Assembly (NCBI GenBank): GCA_027493025.1 | Contig: JAPUDQ010000009.1 | Span: 15,703-79,702 of the forward strand | Origin: Candidatus Saccharimonadota bacterium | Lineage (GTDB): Bacteria > Patescibacteriota > Saccharimonadia > Saccharimonadales > Saccharimonadaceae | Direction: 5' to 3' | Length of the DNA: 64,000 nucleotides | Shown here: positions 46,031 to 53,895 of the stretch, piece by piece | How positions within the stretch are numbered: position 1 is the first letter of the stretch | Layout of the letters: every line of letters starts with the position of its first letter | Program-made: the position numbers and the translations under genes | Notes under the pieces: generated by a model | Told to the model about the DNA's origin: nothing | The model's input: only the letters and a program-made list of their open reading frames with translations | Databases searched by the model: none

Positions 46031-46636
46031 CTATGGATTTGTGGTTGCGGTGTAAACAACAGTATCGGTATATGTACCGTTTGCCTTTGTTGTATCAACC
46101 TTTGCTGAGTACCAGACAGTTGTTGCGTCACTACTGGCTGTCGTGGAGGTAGTCTTAAGCGTTTGAGGTGAAGTCGAGGCCGGCACACCCGCCCATTTTG
46201 TCGCGCTTCCCGTAGCATTCGAGAGTGCACTGTAAGAGGCATCAAATGCTCCGCCCGCAATAGCAAAACCCCACGTATTGGTACCGAGCGCAGAGGGCGA
46301 TGCAAACGTGCCAGTATGGGCGGTCAGGGTATTTACACCGCTCACTAGTGATGTGTTTGTGTCATTATTAGCTAACGTCAAATAATAGCCATTTGCCTGA
46401 TTTGTACTCACAGACACTGCGTCACTTGCGCTCGATTGTGCACCTCCAGATACAGGTGTAATGTTAAGCGTTACAGTTCCTGAAGATGAAATGCTAATCG
46501 TCGAACCGACGTTTGCATTAATCGTCGTATTGGCAGTCGCCGTTGCAGCCGAAACTGCAATTGGGGCCAGCGCAACACCGACAATACTTGCGACTGATAC
46601 AAGTACCGACAATTTGGATGATACCGATTGTTTCAT
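46031..46636 (-). CDS. Small secreted Thr/Ser-rich surface protein, paralog 2 (WxL-like architecture)
   Basis: The start is trimmed to ATG 46636 (MKQSVSSKLSVLVSVASIVGVALAPIAVSA). The protein ends GTYTDTVVYTATTNP. Confidence 0.7.
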   Translation of the reverse strand: MKQSVSSKLSVLVSVASIVGVALAPIAVSAATATANTTINANVGSTISISSSGTVTLNITPVSGGAQSSASDAVSVSTNQANGYYLTLANNDTNTSLVSGVNTLTAHTGTFASPSALGTNTWGFAIAGGAFDASYSALSNATGSATKWAGVPASTSPQTLKTTSTTASSDATTVWYSAKVDTTKANGTYTDTVVYTATTNP

Positions 46637-46709
46637 TGTGGTGGTAACCTTTTTTATTTTAATAGTTTCATGGGGATTGTATATCACCCGAGCGCGTAAG
46701 TCAATATGC

Positions 46710-47330
46710 TTATGGATTTGTAGTCGCCGTATATACGACAATATCGCTATACGTTCCGCTTGGTTTAGTCGTATCAGCTTTAGCTGAATACCAGACAGTT
46801 GTCGTGTCACTACTAGCGGTTGAGGTAGTTGATTTTATTTGCTGATCAGAGGACGTGATACCAGCCCATTTTGATGCATGCGAAGCCTGATTACTAAAGA
46901 CTGTATATGATGCATCAAACGTATTACTTGCAACACCAGGCGTTGCAGATGCAACCGCAAATCCCCACGTGTTATTCGCAAGTGTAGTCGCTCCCGACAT
47001 CGTATTAGAAGAAGCTGCAATCGTATTGAGTCCATTCGCAAGTGTTAGGGTCGTATCTGCATCTTTTAATGTCAGCTTATAACCTGTTGCGTTATTGGTA
47101 CTAACCGTTACCGTATCGCTTGCACTCGTCTGAGCACCACCAGAAACAGGAGTTATATTTAACGTAACTGTCCCGGATGATGACATGCTGATTGTTGACT
47201 CAACCGTTGCATTAATCGTTGTATTAGCAGTTGCCGTTGCAGCACTCGCAATTGCCGGAAGACTCCCAGCAGCAAGACCAGCGACAAGACATCCAATAAT
47301 ACCCTGTTGGATTACTTTTTTCTCACTCAT
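46710..47330 (-). CDS. Small secreted Thr/Ser-rich surface protein, paralog 1 (WxL-like architecture)
   Basis: 206 aa with a signal peptide. It shares the SAATATANTTINA...SSSGTVTLNITPVSGGAQ block and the C-terminus with the neighbouring gene. Confidence 0.7.
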   Translation of the reverse strand: MSEKKVIQQGIIGCLVAGLAAGSLPAIASAATATANTTINATVESTISMSSSGTVTLNITPVSGGAQTSASDTVTVSTNNATGYKLTLKDADTTLTLANGLNTIAASSNTMSGATTLANNTWGFAVASATPGVASNTFDASYTVFSNQASHASKWAGITSSDQQIKSTTSTASSDTTTVWYSAKADTTKPSGTYSDIVVYTATTNP

Positions 47331-47372
47331 TTTTAAATTCCTTTTTTGGTTTTCTCACTAACCTTAGTATGG

Positions 47373-47401
47373 ATAATAGCGAACTTTTATACTCATGTCA
47401 A
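47373..47401 (-). promoter_or_regulatory. Promoter TTGACA-17-TATTAT driving the surface-protein cluster
   Basis: Reverse complement: ttgaca (47401-396), a 17-nt spacer, tattat (47378-73). The leader carries AAAGGAA before the ATG at 47330. Confidence 0.6.
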
Positions 47402-47414
47402 CATACGTATGGTT

Positions 47415-47888
47415 CTAAACGAAATTTGTGCCTACTAATGAACCGTACCAGATGGCACCGCCATCGAGCGTTTCAAATACGAGAATATCGACTGCATTTG
47501 CCGCAGTGCTTAACGTAGGTTGCCCACCTGACCATTTAACAGTCATCGTACCCCATGAAACCGTACGTCCACCTGTTGCATCTTGTTTGAGATACAGTGT
47601 GAACGAACAAGCACGGCTACCAACAGCCCCCAAAAATGTAAATGTTGAATTCGCACTCAACGTAATATTAAACACATTTGCGGTAGCTAAACTCAAGGTC
47701 GTCGCCCCAGAGGCAGTAGCGGTCGAAATTGCTTCTGCCCCACCATTTGTCGCAAGCGCTAATCTACCGACCACGGACATATTCTTCCAGTAACCGCCAT
47801 CACGCATAAGAAAATCATTTTGCGCCGGGTTATTGAACAGCACATCGCTTGCTGCACTGATGGCCCCCCCTACTCCTCCACTTGCCAT
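47415..47888 (-). CDS. Hypothetical beta-rich protein downstream of the tail-fibre-like gene
   Basis: 157 aa with GAAGGAAGG upstream. Confidence 0.6.
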   Translation of the reverse strand: MASGGVGGAISAASDVLFNNPAQNDFLMRDGGYWKNMSVVGRLALATNGGAEAISTATASGATTLSLATANVFNITLSANSTFTFLGAVGSRACSFTLYLKQDATGGRTVSWGTMTVKWSGGQPTLSTAANAVDILVFETLDGGAIWYGSLVGTNFV

Positions 47889-47914
47889 AGTAATTCTACC
47901 TTCCTTCTTTTATT

Positions 47915-49177
47915 CTATACTGAGTACCAGTTAACACCATCACTCTCATAATTCTGGCTTGACCAACCGCCATTTAAGGTAGACATCGTTACTTCTCCAC
48001 CATCGAGAATACCACCGTTTGGCGTCGTAATCTGAATACCATTTCCAGGGCCGTATGCTCGTTTTACACGCACCCGTGCGTTTGCAACTGGAGCTGGCAG
48101 CTGAACGTTTATTGAATTTGCAGATGGCACAGCCACAATCCAATCATTATCCGCAGCTACCACTGTCGCCGTCGTCACATTGGTACGAATATTCCATGCA
48201 GCCGATGTGCCACCCGTAGGCGCAGGGACCCATTTCAAGCCTGTTGCAGCGGTACTGTCTACTGACAGGAGCTGTCCATTGGCTGTGCCAACTGCCAGCC
48301 GCTGATTTGCTGTGCCGTCATAGACCCAGATATCGCCTTTTGTCGTCAATGGAGACGTTACACCAGTCGTTGCTGGTAACGTAACGCTATTACCACCAGA
48401 AATAGAAAGTGTTTGGTTCGACAAGGTAAGCGTTTGATCACCCGTATTCGTGCCACTAATAGTTGGCTTATTTAAAATCTGTGCAACTCCCGTAGTTGCC
48501 GTCCAGTCCGAGCTAACTTGAGCTGCCGGTATCGTGGGAGTACCCGTAAGATCGGCATACGCGCCTGAAGTCGCCACTGGTTTGATCGATGTTTTGTCGA
48601 CTTTGGTATCTAGCGCTGCCTGGGTCGCCGTTGAAATAGGTTTTGCGGTATCTGCGGTATTGTCAACATTGCTTAAACCAACATCCGCCTTCGTGAGTAC
48701 AACATCGCCAGTACGCCCCGCAACGCTCGTGACTCCACTAGATGTGGCGGGAACTTGTCCAGATGACAGTTTGCCATCAGATCCAAGCGTGGCCACACCG
48801 TTTGCTACACCGAGCTTTGCGTTGTCCACTTTGCTCGCAAGCCCCGGAACAGTCGGTGCTTCAGCGGTTCCGCTAAGATCGCCAGCCAACTGTACGACGC
48901 CTTTAACAAGTGCCGTAGCATCCGGAACAGTACCGTTACCACCCGGTGTTCGCCAGGCCATACCTCCGGAAATAGTATTGTCTTTCGTCAGCACCTGACC
49001 GTTTGACCCACCAGATGCAACCATATTTTCCGCTCGGACAGCACTTGGTGCCAGTGCGGCTGCCGTTACTGAGTTGTCTTTGAGTGATCCGTCTGCATTA
49101 TGAATGGTTGTTAAGAACTCATTCAGTATACCGCCCCATCGACCATTGTCTTCACCCGGTTTTGGTAATCGTGCCAT
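47915..49177 (-). CDS. Phage tail-fibre-like protein
   Basis: 420 aa. Motifs GVATLGSDGKLSSGQVP and VGLSNVDNTADTAKPIS resemble phage tail-fibre repeat motifs. No signal peptide. Confidence 0.65.
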   Translation of the reverse strand: MARLPKPGEDNGRWGGILNEFLTTIHNADGSLKDNSVTAAALAPSAVRAENMVASGGSNGQVLTKDNTISGGMAWRTPGGNGTVPDATALVKGVVQLAGDLSGTAEAPTVPGLASKVDNAKLGVANGVATLGSDGKLSSGQVPATSSGVTSVAGRTGDVVLTKADVGLSNVDNTADTAKPISTATQAALDTKVDKTSIKPVATSGAYADLTGTPTIPAAQVSSDWTATTGVAQILNKPTISGTNTGDQTLTLSNQTLSISGGNSVTLPATTGVTSPLTTKGDIWVYDGTANQRLAVGTANGQLLSVDSTAATGLKWVPAPTGGTSAAWNIRTNVTTATVVAADNDWIVAVPSANSINVQLPAPVANARVRVKRAYGPGNGIQITTPNGGILDGGEVTMSTLNGGWSSQNYESDGVNWYSV

Positions 49178-49273
49178 ATCTCTACCCCTTTTTATTCCAC
49201 CGATATCTATAGATGCTTATACTTTTCTATAGTACTGAAAGAACGTTAAAATATCAACATTTTTATGCTTTCT

Positions 49274-49310
49274 CACCTAAAAAGCACTGATTAACAGTGC
49301 TTTTTAGGTG
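49274..49310 (-). terminator. 16-bp perfect hairpin after the 68-aa gene
   Basis: cacctaaaaagcactg-attaa-cagtgctttttaggtg. Confidence 0.65.
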
Positions 49311-49323
49311 ATTTGGACAGTAT

Positions 49324-49530
49324 CTAGCTTCGTTTAGTACCGCCGCCGTAGGCATTACTGCCATAGCCAGCTGCTGCTGATTTGCGTCCGTTGCTCGTTC
49401 CGGTGAGAGCTTGGGTTACTAATCCTCCACCGAAGAGCATTAGTACACCGACTCCAGCATGCTGCAAAAATTCTTTGCGGCCCATTGGTTTTTCAAGTAG
49501 TTTTGAAAGATGTTGTTTCATATTTTTCAA
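49324..49530 (-). CDS. Tiny protein consisting of little more than a Tat-like signal peptide
   Basis: 68 aa. ...MGRKEFLQHAGVGVLMLFGGGLVTQALTG, then a Gly/Ala/Ser/Tyr-rich 25-residue tail. Confidence 0.5.
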   Translation of the reverse strand: MKNMKQHLSKLLEKPMGRKEFLQHAGVGVLMLFGGGLVTQALTGTSNGRKSAAAGYGSNAYGGGTKRS

Positions 49531-49608
49531 TTTTTATTATTTAAATTTTATTGATACTTTAATAGTAGCAAACTCTTTATAAAAAAGCAAGTGGTTTCTT
49601 AAAAATCT

Positions 49609-50712
49609 CTACAGGGTTGGGATTAAGAATCCATCAGTACTACGTTGCATCGACATAGGAGAAGGAGATGCTGTTCTCACCCCCGATACAGCTGAGGGCG
49701 TCGATGAGCGTAATGTCGGACGAGTTGGCACACCTTGGCGGGGACGAACGAGCTGAGGACTGCCGACTCGTACCCCATCCATAGATCGATTGGTCTGTAT
49801 TACAACCGGAGCTTGTTGCTGAGGATACGGTGAGATGGTCGATGCTGGCTCAGAAACGTATGATAACTCCTCCGCTGAATTGACCTCAGCATTTGAAAAC
49901 CAGTCATCAGTAACAACGGGCTCAGTCAGAAGTGGCTCAGATAGTTGTGGTTTTTTGTATACTTTGACATCACCAACTTTTTGTCGTTGGTGTGACATCC
50001 CTAGCCCTGTTTCCCTACCGTGTCCGCGAGTACGTTTACGATTTTTGAACCAAATTATCATAATCCCTAGCTGGTACATAACAACCATGGGAGCGGCAAG
50101 TATCGTTTGGTTGACCACGTCCGGCGTTGGAGAAATGATTGCCGCGATCACAAATGATACCACAATCATATGCCGTTGATAATTCATCAACTTCTTAGGA
50201 CTAAGCGGCGAAACAGAGTTAATAATCATCATAACGAGTGGTGTCTGGAACAACAACGCACCGGCTAGAATATACGCAATGACGAATGACATATAGGCAT
50301 CAATCGTAATCATTGAACTAATCTGATCAATATTGATGTTGTTCAAAAAGTGAAGAGCCGCTGGCAGTGTCAGGAGATACGCAAATAAAATTCCGCCGAT
50401 ACCCAAAACAGTCGACATAAATGTATAAAACAAAACCGCGCGTGAGCTATTACGCTTCATGACTGGCGTAATAAATTTGTAGAGATGATAAATTGCCACT
50501 GGCAAAATAGCAATAACCCCCACATACATACAAACTTTGATGATAAAACTGAATCCACCCGCTGGAGTCATGTAGTACAACTCCTGTCTCCCCATCGGAG
50601 CAGTCAAGAGATGAATAATATCAGCATATCGCGGATACGCCAAGCCTGACGCCACAATAAAAGCCACCGCTATCCAAAAGAACCGGCCCTTCAACTCCTG
50701 AAGGTGATCCAT
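49609..50712 (-). CDS. tatC: Twin-arginine translocase subunit TatC with long disordered C-terminal extension
   Basis: MDHLQELKGRFFWIAVAF... with six TM helices. Alternative upstream ATGs at 50778 and 50790 would overlap tatA. Confidence 0.8.
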   Translation of the reverse strand: MDHLQELKGRFFWIAVAFIVASGLAYPRYADIIHLLTAPMGRQELYYMTPAGGFSFIIKVCMYVGVIAILPVAIYHLYKFITPVMKRNSSRAVLFYTFMSTVLGIGGILFAYLLTLPAALHFLNNINIDQISSMITIDAYMSFVIAYILAGALLFQTPLVMMIINSVSPLSPKKLMNYQRHMIVVSFVIAAIISPTPDVVNQTILAAPMVVMYQLGIMIIWFKNRKRTRGHGRETGLGMSHQRQKVGDVKVYKKPQLSEPLLTEPVVTDDWFSNAEVNSAEELSYVSEPASTISPYPQQQAPVVIQTNRSMDGVRVGSPQLVRPRQGVPTRPTLRSSTPSAVSGVRTASPSPMSMQRSTDGFLIPTL

Positions 50713-50749
50713 CAAAGTTGGGAGTTCCGGTTCTTGTTGGTTCGCGCGA

Positions 50750-50923
50750 CTAGATGTTCCGGTTCGACCGCTTGTCATCCTTGGATTCATCCGCTAAGCC
50801 TTTGCGCAACTCTTTGGCTGATGAGCCGATAGTCCGAGCAAGCTCTGGCAATTTCTTGGCTCCAAAAAGCAGCAAGATAATTACAAGGATGATGATTAGT
50901 TCTGGTGCACCGAGATTTGGCAT
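50750..50923 (-). CDS. tatA: Twin-arginine translocase subunit TatA/E
   Basis: Not in the ORF track (57 aa). MPNLGAPELIIILVIILLLFGAKKLPELARTIGSSAKELRKGLADE..., with GGGGGAG 6 nt upstream. Confidence 0.85.
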   Translation of the reverse strand: MPNLGAPELIIILVIILLLFGAKKLPELARTIGSSAKELRKGLADESKDDKRSNRNI

Positions 50924-51004
50924 TTTAACTCCCCCACTTGCTTATTTATTTCCAATATCATATTATACTGGTAGTGGTAATAAAACAATAGTGGAATCAA
51001 CATC

Positions 51005-51244
51005 GTGAACTACATTTTTACAAAATACATCGCTCAATATAACTGTGACGCATATGGTGCCAACGCCTACAATAACGCAGCCTGCGGTAACACTACAACT
51101 GGTGGAGCGGCTGGTAGTAGCGGGGGGAGCCTCGCCAAAACTGGACTTGATGTTGTTGTTCCATTGACAGCGGGTATCCTACTGATTCTTGTCGCTATTG
51201 CCCTCTTTATACGCAATATCCGTCGACAACGCGCAAATTCCTAA
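51005..51244 (+). CDS. Small protein with a C-terminal LAxTG-type sorting signal but no N-terminal signal peptide
   Basis: 79 aa with a GTG start. ...GGSLAKTG, then the hydrophobic stretch LDVVVPLTAGILLILVAIALFI, then RNIRRQR. Confidence 0.45.
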   Translation: MNYIFTKYIAQYNCDAYGANAYNNAACGNTTTGGAAGSSGGSLAKTGLDVVVPLTAGILLILVAIALFIRNIRRQRANS

Positions 51245-51251
51245 GTACATA

Positions 51252-51277
51252 AAGAGCCTTATGATCATAAGGCTCTT
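51252..51277. terminator. 26-nt perfect palindrome between convergent genes
   Basis: aagagccttatga|tcataaggctctt. Confidence 0.6.
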
Positions 51278-51306
51278 ATAGATTTATCACCTAGGACTAG
51301 GGCAAA

Positions 51307-51918
51307 CTATCGTAATGTCTTGAGCACTCGAATTGTTTTATTAAATTCAGGGATTTGGGATTGAAATAACTGATAGGTAGTGGCGTTTGTTCCACCGTAG
51401 GTTCCGCGTACACTATTACAATTAGTTGTCCAGGTTCGTTTCGCAACAGTACCGTTTTCGAACAGTTCATAGACATACCGCTTTCCAGTGGCACATGCAC
51501 CGCGGTCATCACTTTGCTCCTCTGTGACATCTCGTTTCTTATCAAATCCAGCCCGAGCAAGTGCATAGGCAAATTGTTGATATCCTTCATACGTGTTATC
51601 GTAATCATTGCTCGCAATTTGAGATTGGCTGTAGCCTTTATAGGCAGTAAATCGACGCGACGTAGTCGTAACGGTAATCTCGTACGATTCTCGCTCTTCA
51701 TTGGCAACGATTGGACCGTAAACCGTCATACGAAGACTCCGGCCCGTGTTAATGTTTGTTACCTCCTGGCGCCGTGTGTCCTCAGTAGCACGAGGATTAC
51801 TCTCCGCACTACGACTCCCCCCCGTGATAAAGAAGAAAAGTCCTGCCACAATTAAAAAGAAGATGACGCCAATAACAACCATGCCTAGTTTCGTTGGACC
51901 ACCAAAATCTCGATTCAT
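51307..51918 (-). CDS. Membrane-anchored hypothetical protein
   Basis: 203 aa with one N-terminal TM helix and an ectodomain containing Cys pairs. Confidence 0.65.
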   Translation of the reverse strand: MNRDFGGPTKLGMVVIGVIFFLIVAGLFFFITGGSRSAESNPRATEDTRRQEVTNINTGRSLRMTVYGPIVANEERESYEITVTTTSRRFTAYKGYSQSQIASNDYDNTYEGYQQFAYALARAGFDKKRDVTEEQSDDRGACATGKRYVYELFENGTVAKRTWTTNCNSVRGTYGGTNATTYQLFQSQIPEFNKTIRVLKTLR

Positions 51919-51924
51919 AACTGC

Positions 51925-51953
51925 ATTGTAGCATATACTGTACCACTTGTCAA
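51925..51953 (-). promoter_or_regulatory. Consensus promoter TTGACA-17-TACAAT, with -10 box ending 6 nt before the ATG (leaderless)
   Basis: Reverse complement: ttgaca (51953-48), a 17-nt spacer, tacaat (51930-25), gcagtt, then ATG at 51918. Confidence 0.65.
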
Positions 51954-51965
51954 TAGTCGTTATGC

Positions 51966-52667
51966 TTATGAAGCGCGGTGCGTATATCGTTGAGCTGCAA
52001 GCTGCTGTTCCATAAACCTATCCGGATAACACTCGCGAAGCAAAGGTTCAAGAGGCATCAATTTTGGCCCGCGCACCCACTTAGTTTCCACCCGACCATC
52101 AGCGTAGGACATGATATCAAGTCGAGGAAACCGTTCCATCTCAAGAGAAACAAACGGCTGACATAAAAGCATACGTACCTCTGATTGCGGTACGACCGTA
52201 AGCCTAAGCCCTCGACAGTCATTCGCGAGCTTTGCTTCATCAAAATCAACTACCCCAGCCTGGCCGTGGTCGCCAGTCCGAATATTATACGTTACGACAC
52301 AATAGTTCTTACCTGCTTCAAACATCTTTTCGGGGTTATACTGATACGGCCTTGGGTTGTCCCGCATATTCTCTCTCCAGGCTTGAGATTGCTGGACCTC
52401 TCGAACACACAGGATGTCCCCAGCCTCAGGATCGAGCCCGGTACAAACTTCTGTCGGATAGACAAGATGCTCTTCATAGCGTTGTCTTGTAACTACCGGT
52501 AAACACCCCTGTACTCTTACCAGTGGATCAACATGGCCATAATAATGCACCAAGAACCAGTCAAGGTTCTCTCGCATTTTTGGTGTTATAGCAATCTCTT
52601 TTGCTAAATTACGCACTGGATCAATACGCAGCTCTCGCTCATGTCCCAAATCAATGACGTTGACCAT
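51966..52667 (-). CDS. Hypothetical cytoplasmic protein
   Basis: 233 aa. TTGACT-17-TATTAG and AAAGGGG lie upstream. I recognise no motif. Confidence 0.6.
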   Translation of the reverse strand: MVNVIDLGHERELRIDPVRNLAKEIAITPKMRENLDWFLVHYYGHVDPLVRVQGCLPVVTRQRYEEHLVYPTEVCTGLDPEAGDILCVREVQQSQAWRENMRDNPRPYQYNPEKMFEAGKNYCVVTYNIRTGDHGQAGVVDFDEAKLANDCRGLRLTVVPQSEVRMLLCQPFVSLEMERFPRLDIMSYADGRVETKWVRGPKLMPLEPLLRECYPDRFMEQQLAAQRYTHRAS

Positions 52668-52735
52668 ACGCAGTACCCCTTTTTGTATTGCCTGTTCCTG
52701 CTATCACTAATACGCGTATGCTATGAAAAAGTCAA

Positions 52736-52999
52736 CTAACGACAGGCACCCGTACTACGTATAAAATTCGAGAAGCTATCGCTCCCCTCGCAAGCCTGTT
52801 TTTTGATATCCAGCTTCTGAGTTGTTGTATCTTTGAAACTCTGGATAGAGTCATTAGTTGATTTTATAAACATGACTGTCTGAAACAGAAAATACCCAAT
52901 AATACCAAGTACCAACAAAAATAACACCCCAAAAGTTGTAATCCAAAAATTCAGAATCTTAAGTTGACGGATAAGCTGTCGTTCGAGTGTTTCGTTCAT
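52736..52999 (-). CDS. Small single-pass membrane protein
   Basis: 87 aa with one TM helix. It overlaps the upstream gene by 41 nt. Confidence 0.45.
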   Translation of the reverse strand: MNETLERQLIRQLKILNFWITTFGVLFLLVLGIIGYFLFQTVMFIKSTNDSIQSFKDTTTQKLDIKKQACEGSDSFSNFIRSTGACR

Positions 53000-53858
53000 A
53001 CCTATCTTTCATAATTAGTTTTATCATATCACGCAGAAGCGTCGCCTTCTCAATTGTAAATTCCTCGATAGCCCCATACGTTTCATGGTCTATCCGAAGA
53101 AGTGTCGTATGGACTCGCTCGGCTCCCCGCCCATTAATCACCAGAGCATATCCCTGAAGTTCGGCACGAAGCCGTGTCTCCTCCGTAATCCGACCTTCTC
53201 GCTGCAGATCAAGGAGACGAAAATGAAAGCTTGATCGTGTCTTGACATCAAGGTTTAGGTTAATACCCGTCTCCGGATCAGTAACTACCATATCTATCCC
53301 CATCGCATCGTCACGACGACTCGTCATACGCGCATGGAATCCTTGAGCAATTGCCGTGCGATAGACGGCAATTTCCCGACTTAGGCCATGACTGATTGCC
53401 TCCCATTGCTCAGAACTAAAGCTTTTATAACCAGTTTGTTCGCAAAATCGATCCATTAGCCGTTTCGCATGCTCAACGAAACCTGGTAGATATTCCTCTG
53501 GCAGACTAAGGACCGTTGATACAAACGTATCATTAAAATCTATCAGTTCAAATAGCCTCGCTTGTCGGTTACGATAGCCGCCCCCTTTACTATCCATCTG
53601 TTTTTGCGCAAGCACGGCGCGAGGTGTCTGCACCACTAGCGAAGCCAGCCAAACAGACGGATCGTTTGAGCGTTCCGCCTCTTGTCGCGTTTCCACAATT
53701 GCCGCATCAAACGCCGTTGCTTCGCGCCGACGCCAGAATTTCTTTGTACGTACAACGTATTGCTCTGCCCGTTGTTCGGCCTGGATATATATTTCATCCG
53801 TTTCACGCTCATGAAAAGTATGTATTGGACGAAATCGCCGCCAAGTAAAATGACTCAT
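52959..53858 (-). CDS. Hypothetical protein with possible PD-(D/E)xK nuclease-like motif
   Basis: The start is trimmed to ATG 53858 (MSHFTWRR...). GIDMVVTD...LNLDVKTR resembles the D...(D/E)xK core strands. Confidence 0.55.
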   Translation of the reverse strand: MSHFTWRRFRPIHTFHERETDEIYIQAEQRAEQYVVRTKKFWRRREATAFDAAIVETRQEAERSNDPSVWLASLVVQTPRAVLAQKQMDSKGGGYRNRQARLFELIDFNDTFVSTVLSLPEEYLPGFVEHAKRLMDRFCEQTGYKSFSSEQWEAISHGLSREIAVYRTAIAQGFHARMTSRRDDAMGIDMVVTDPETGINLNLDVKTRSSFHFRLLDLQREGRITEETRLRAELQGYALVINGRGAERVHTTLLRIDHETYGAIEEFTIEKATLLRDMIKLIMKDRYERNTRTTAYPST

Positions 53859-53895
53859 TCCTCTAGTATACCGTTTATCATATCTATCAGAAATG

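Noticed and set aside
47415-49177. Prophage
   Set aside because: Only tail-fibre-like genes are present. The window has no integrase, att-like repeats, capsid, terminase, portal or lysis genes, so I do not call a mobile element.
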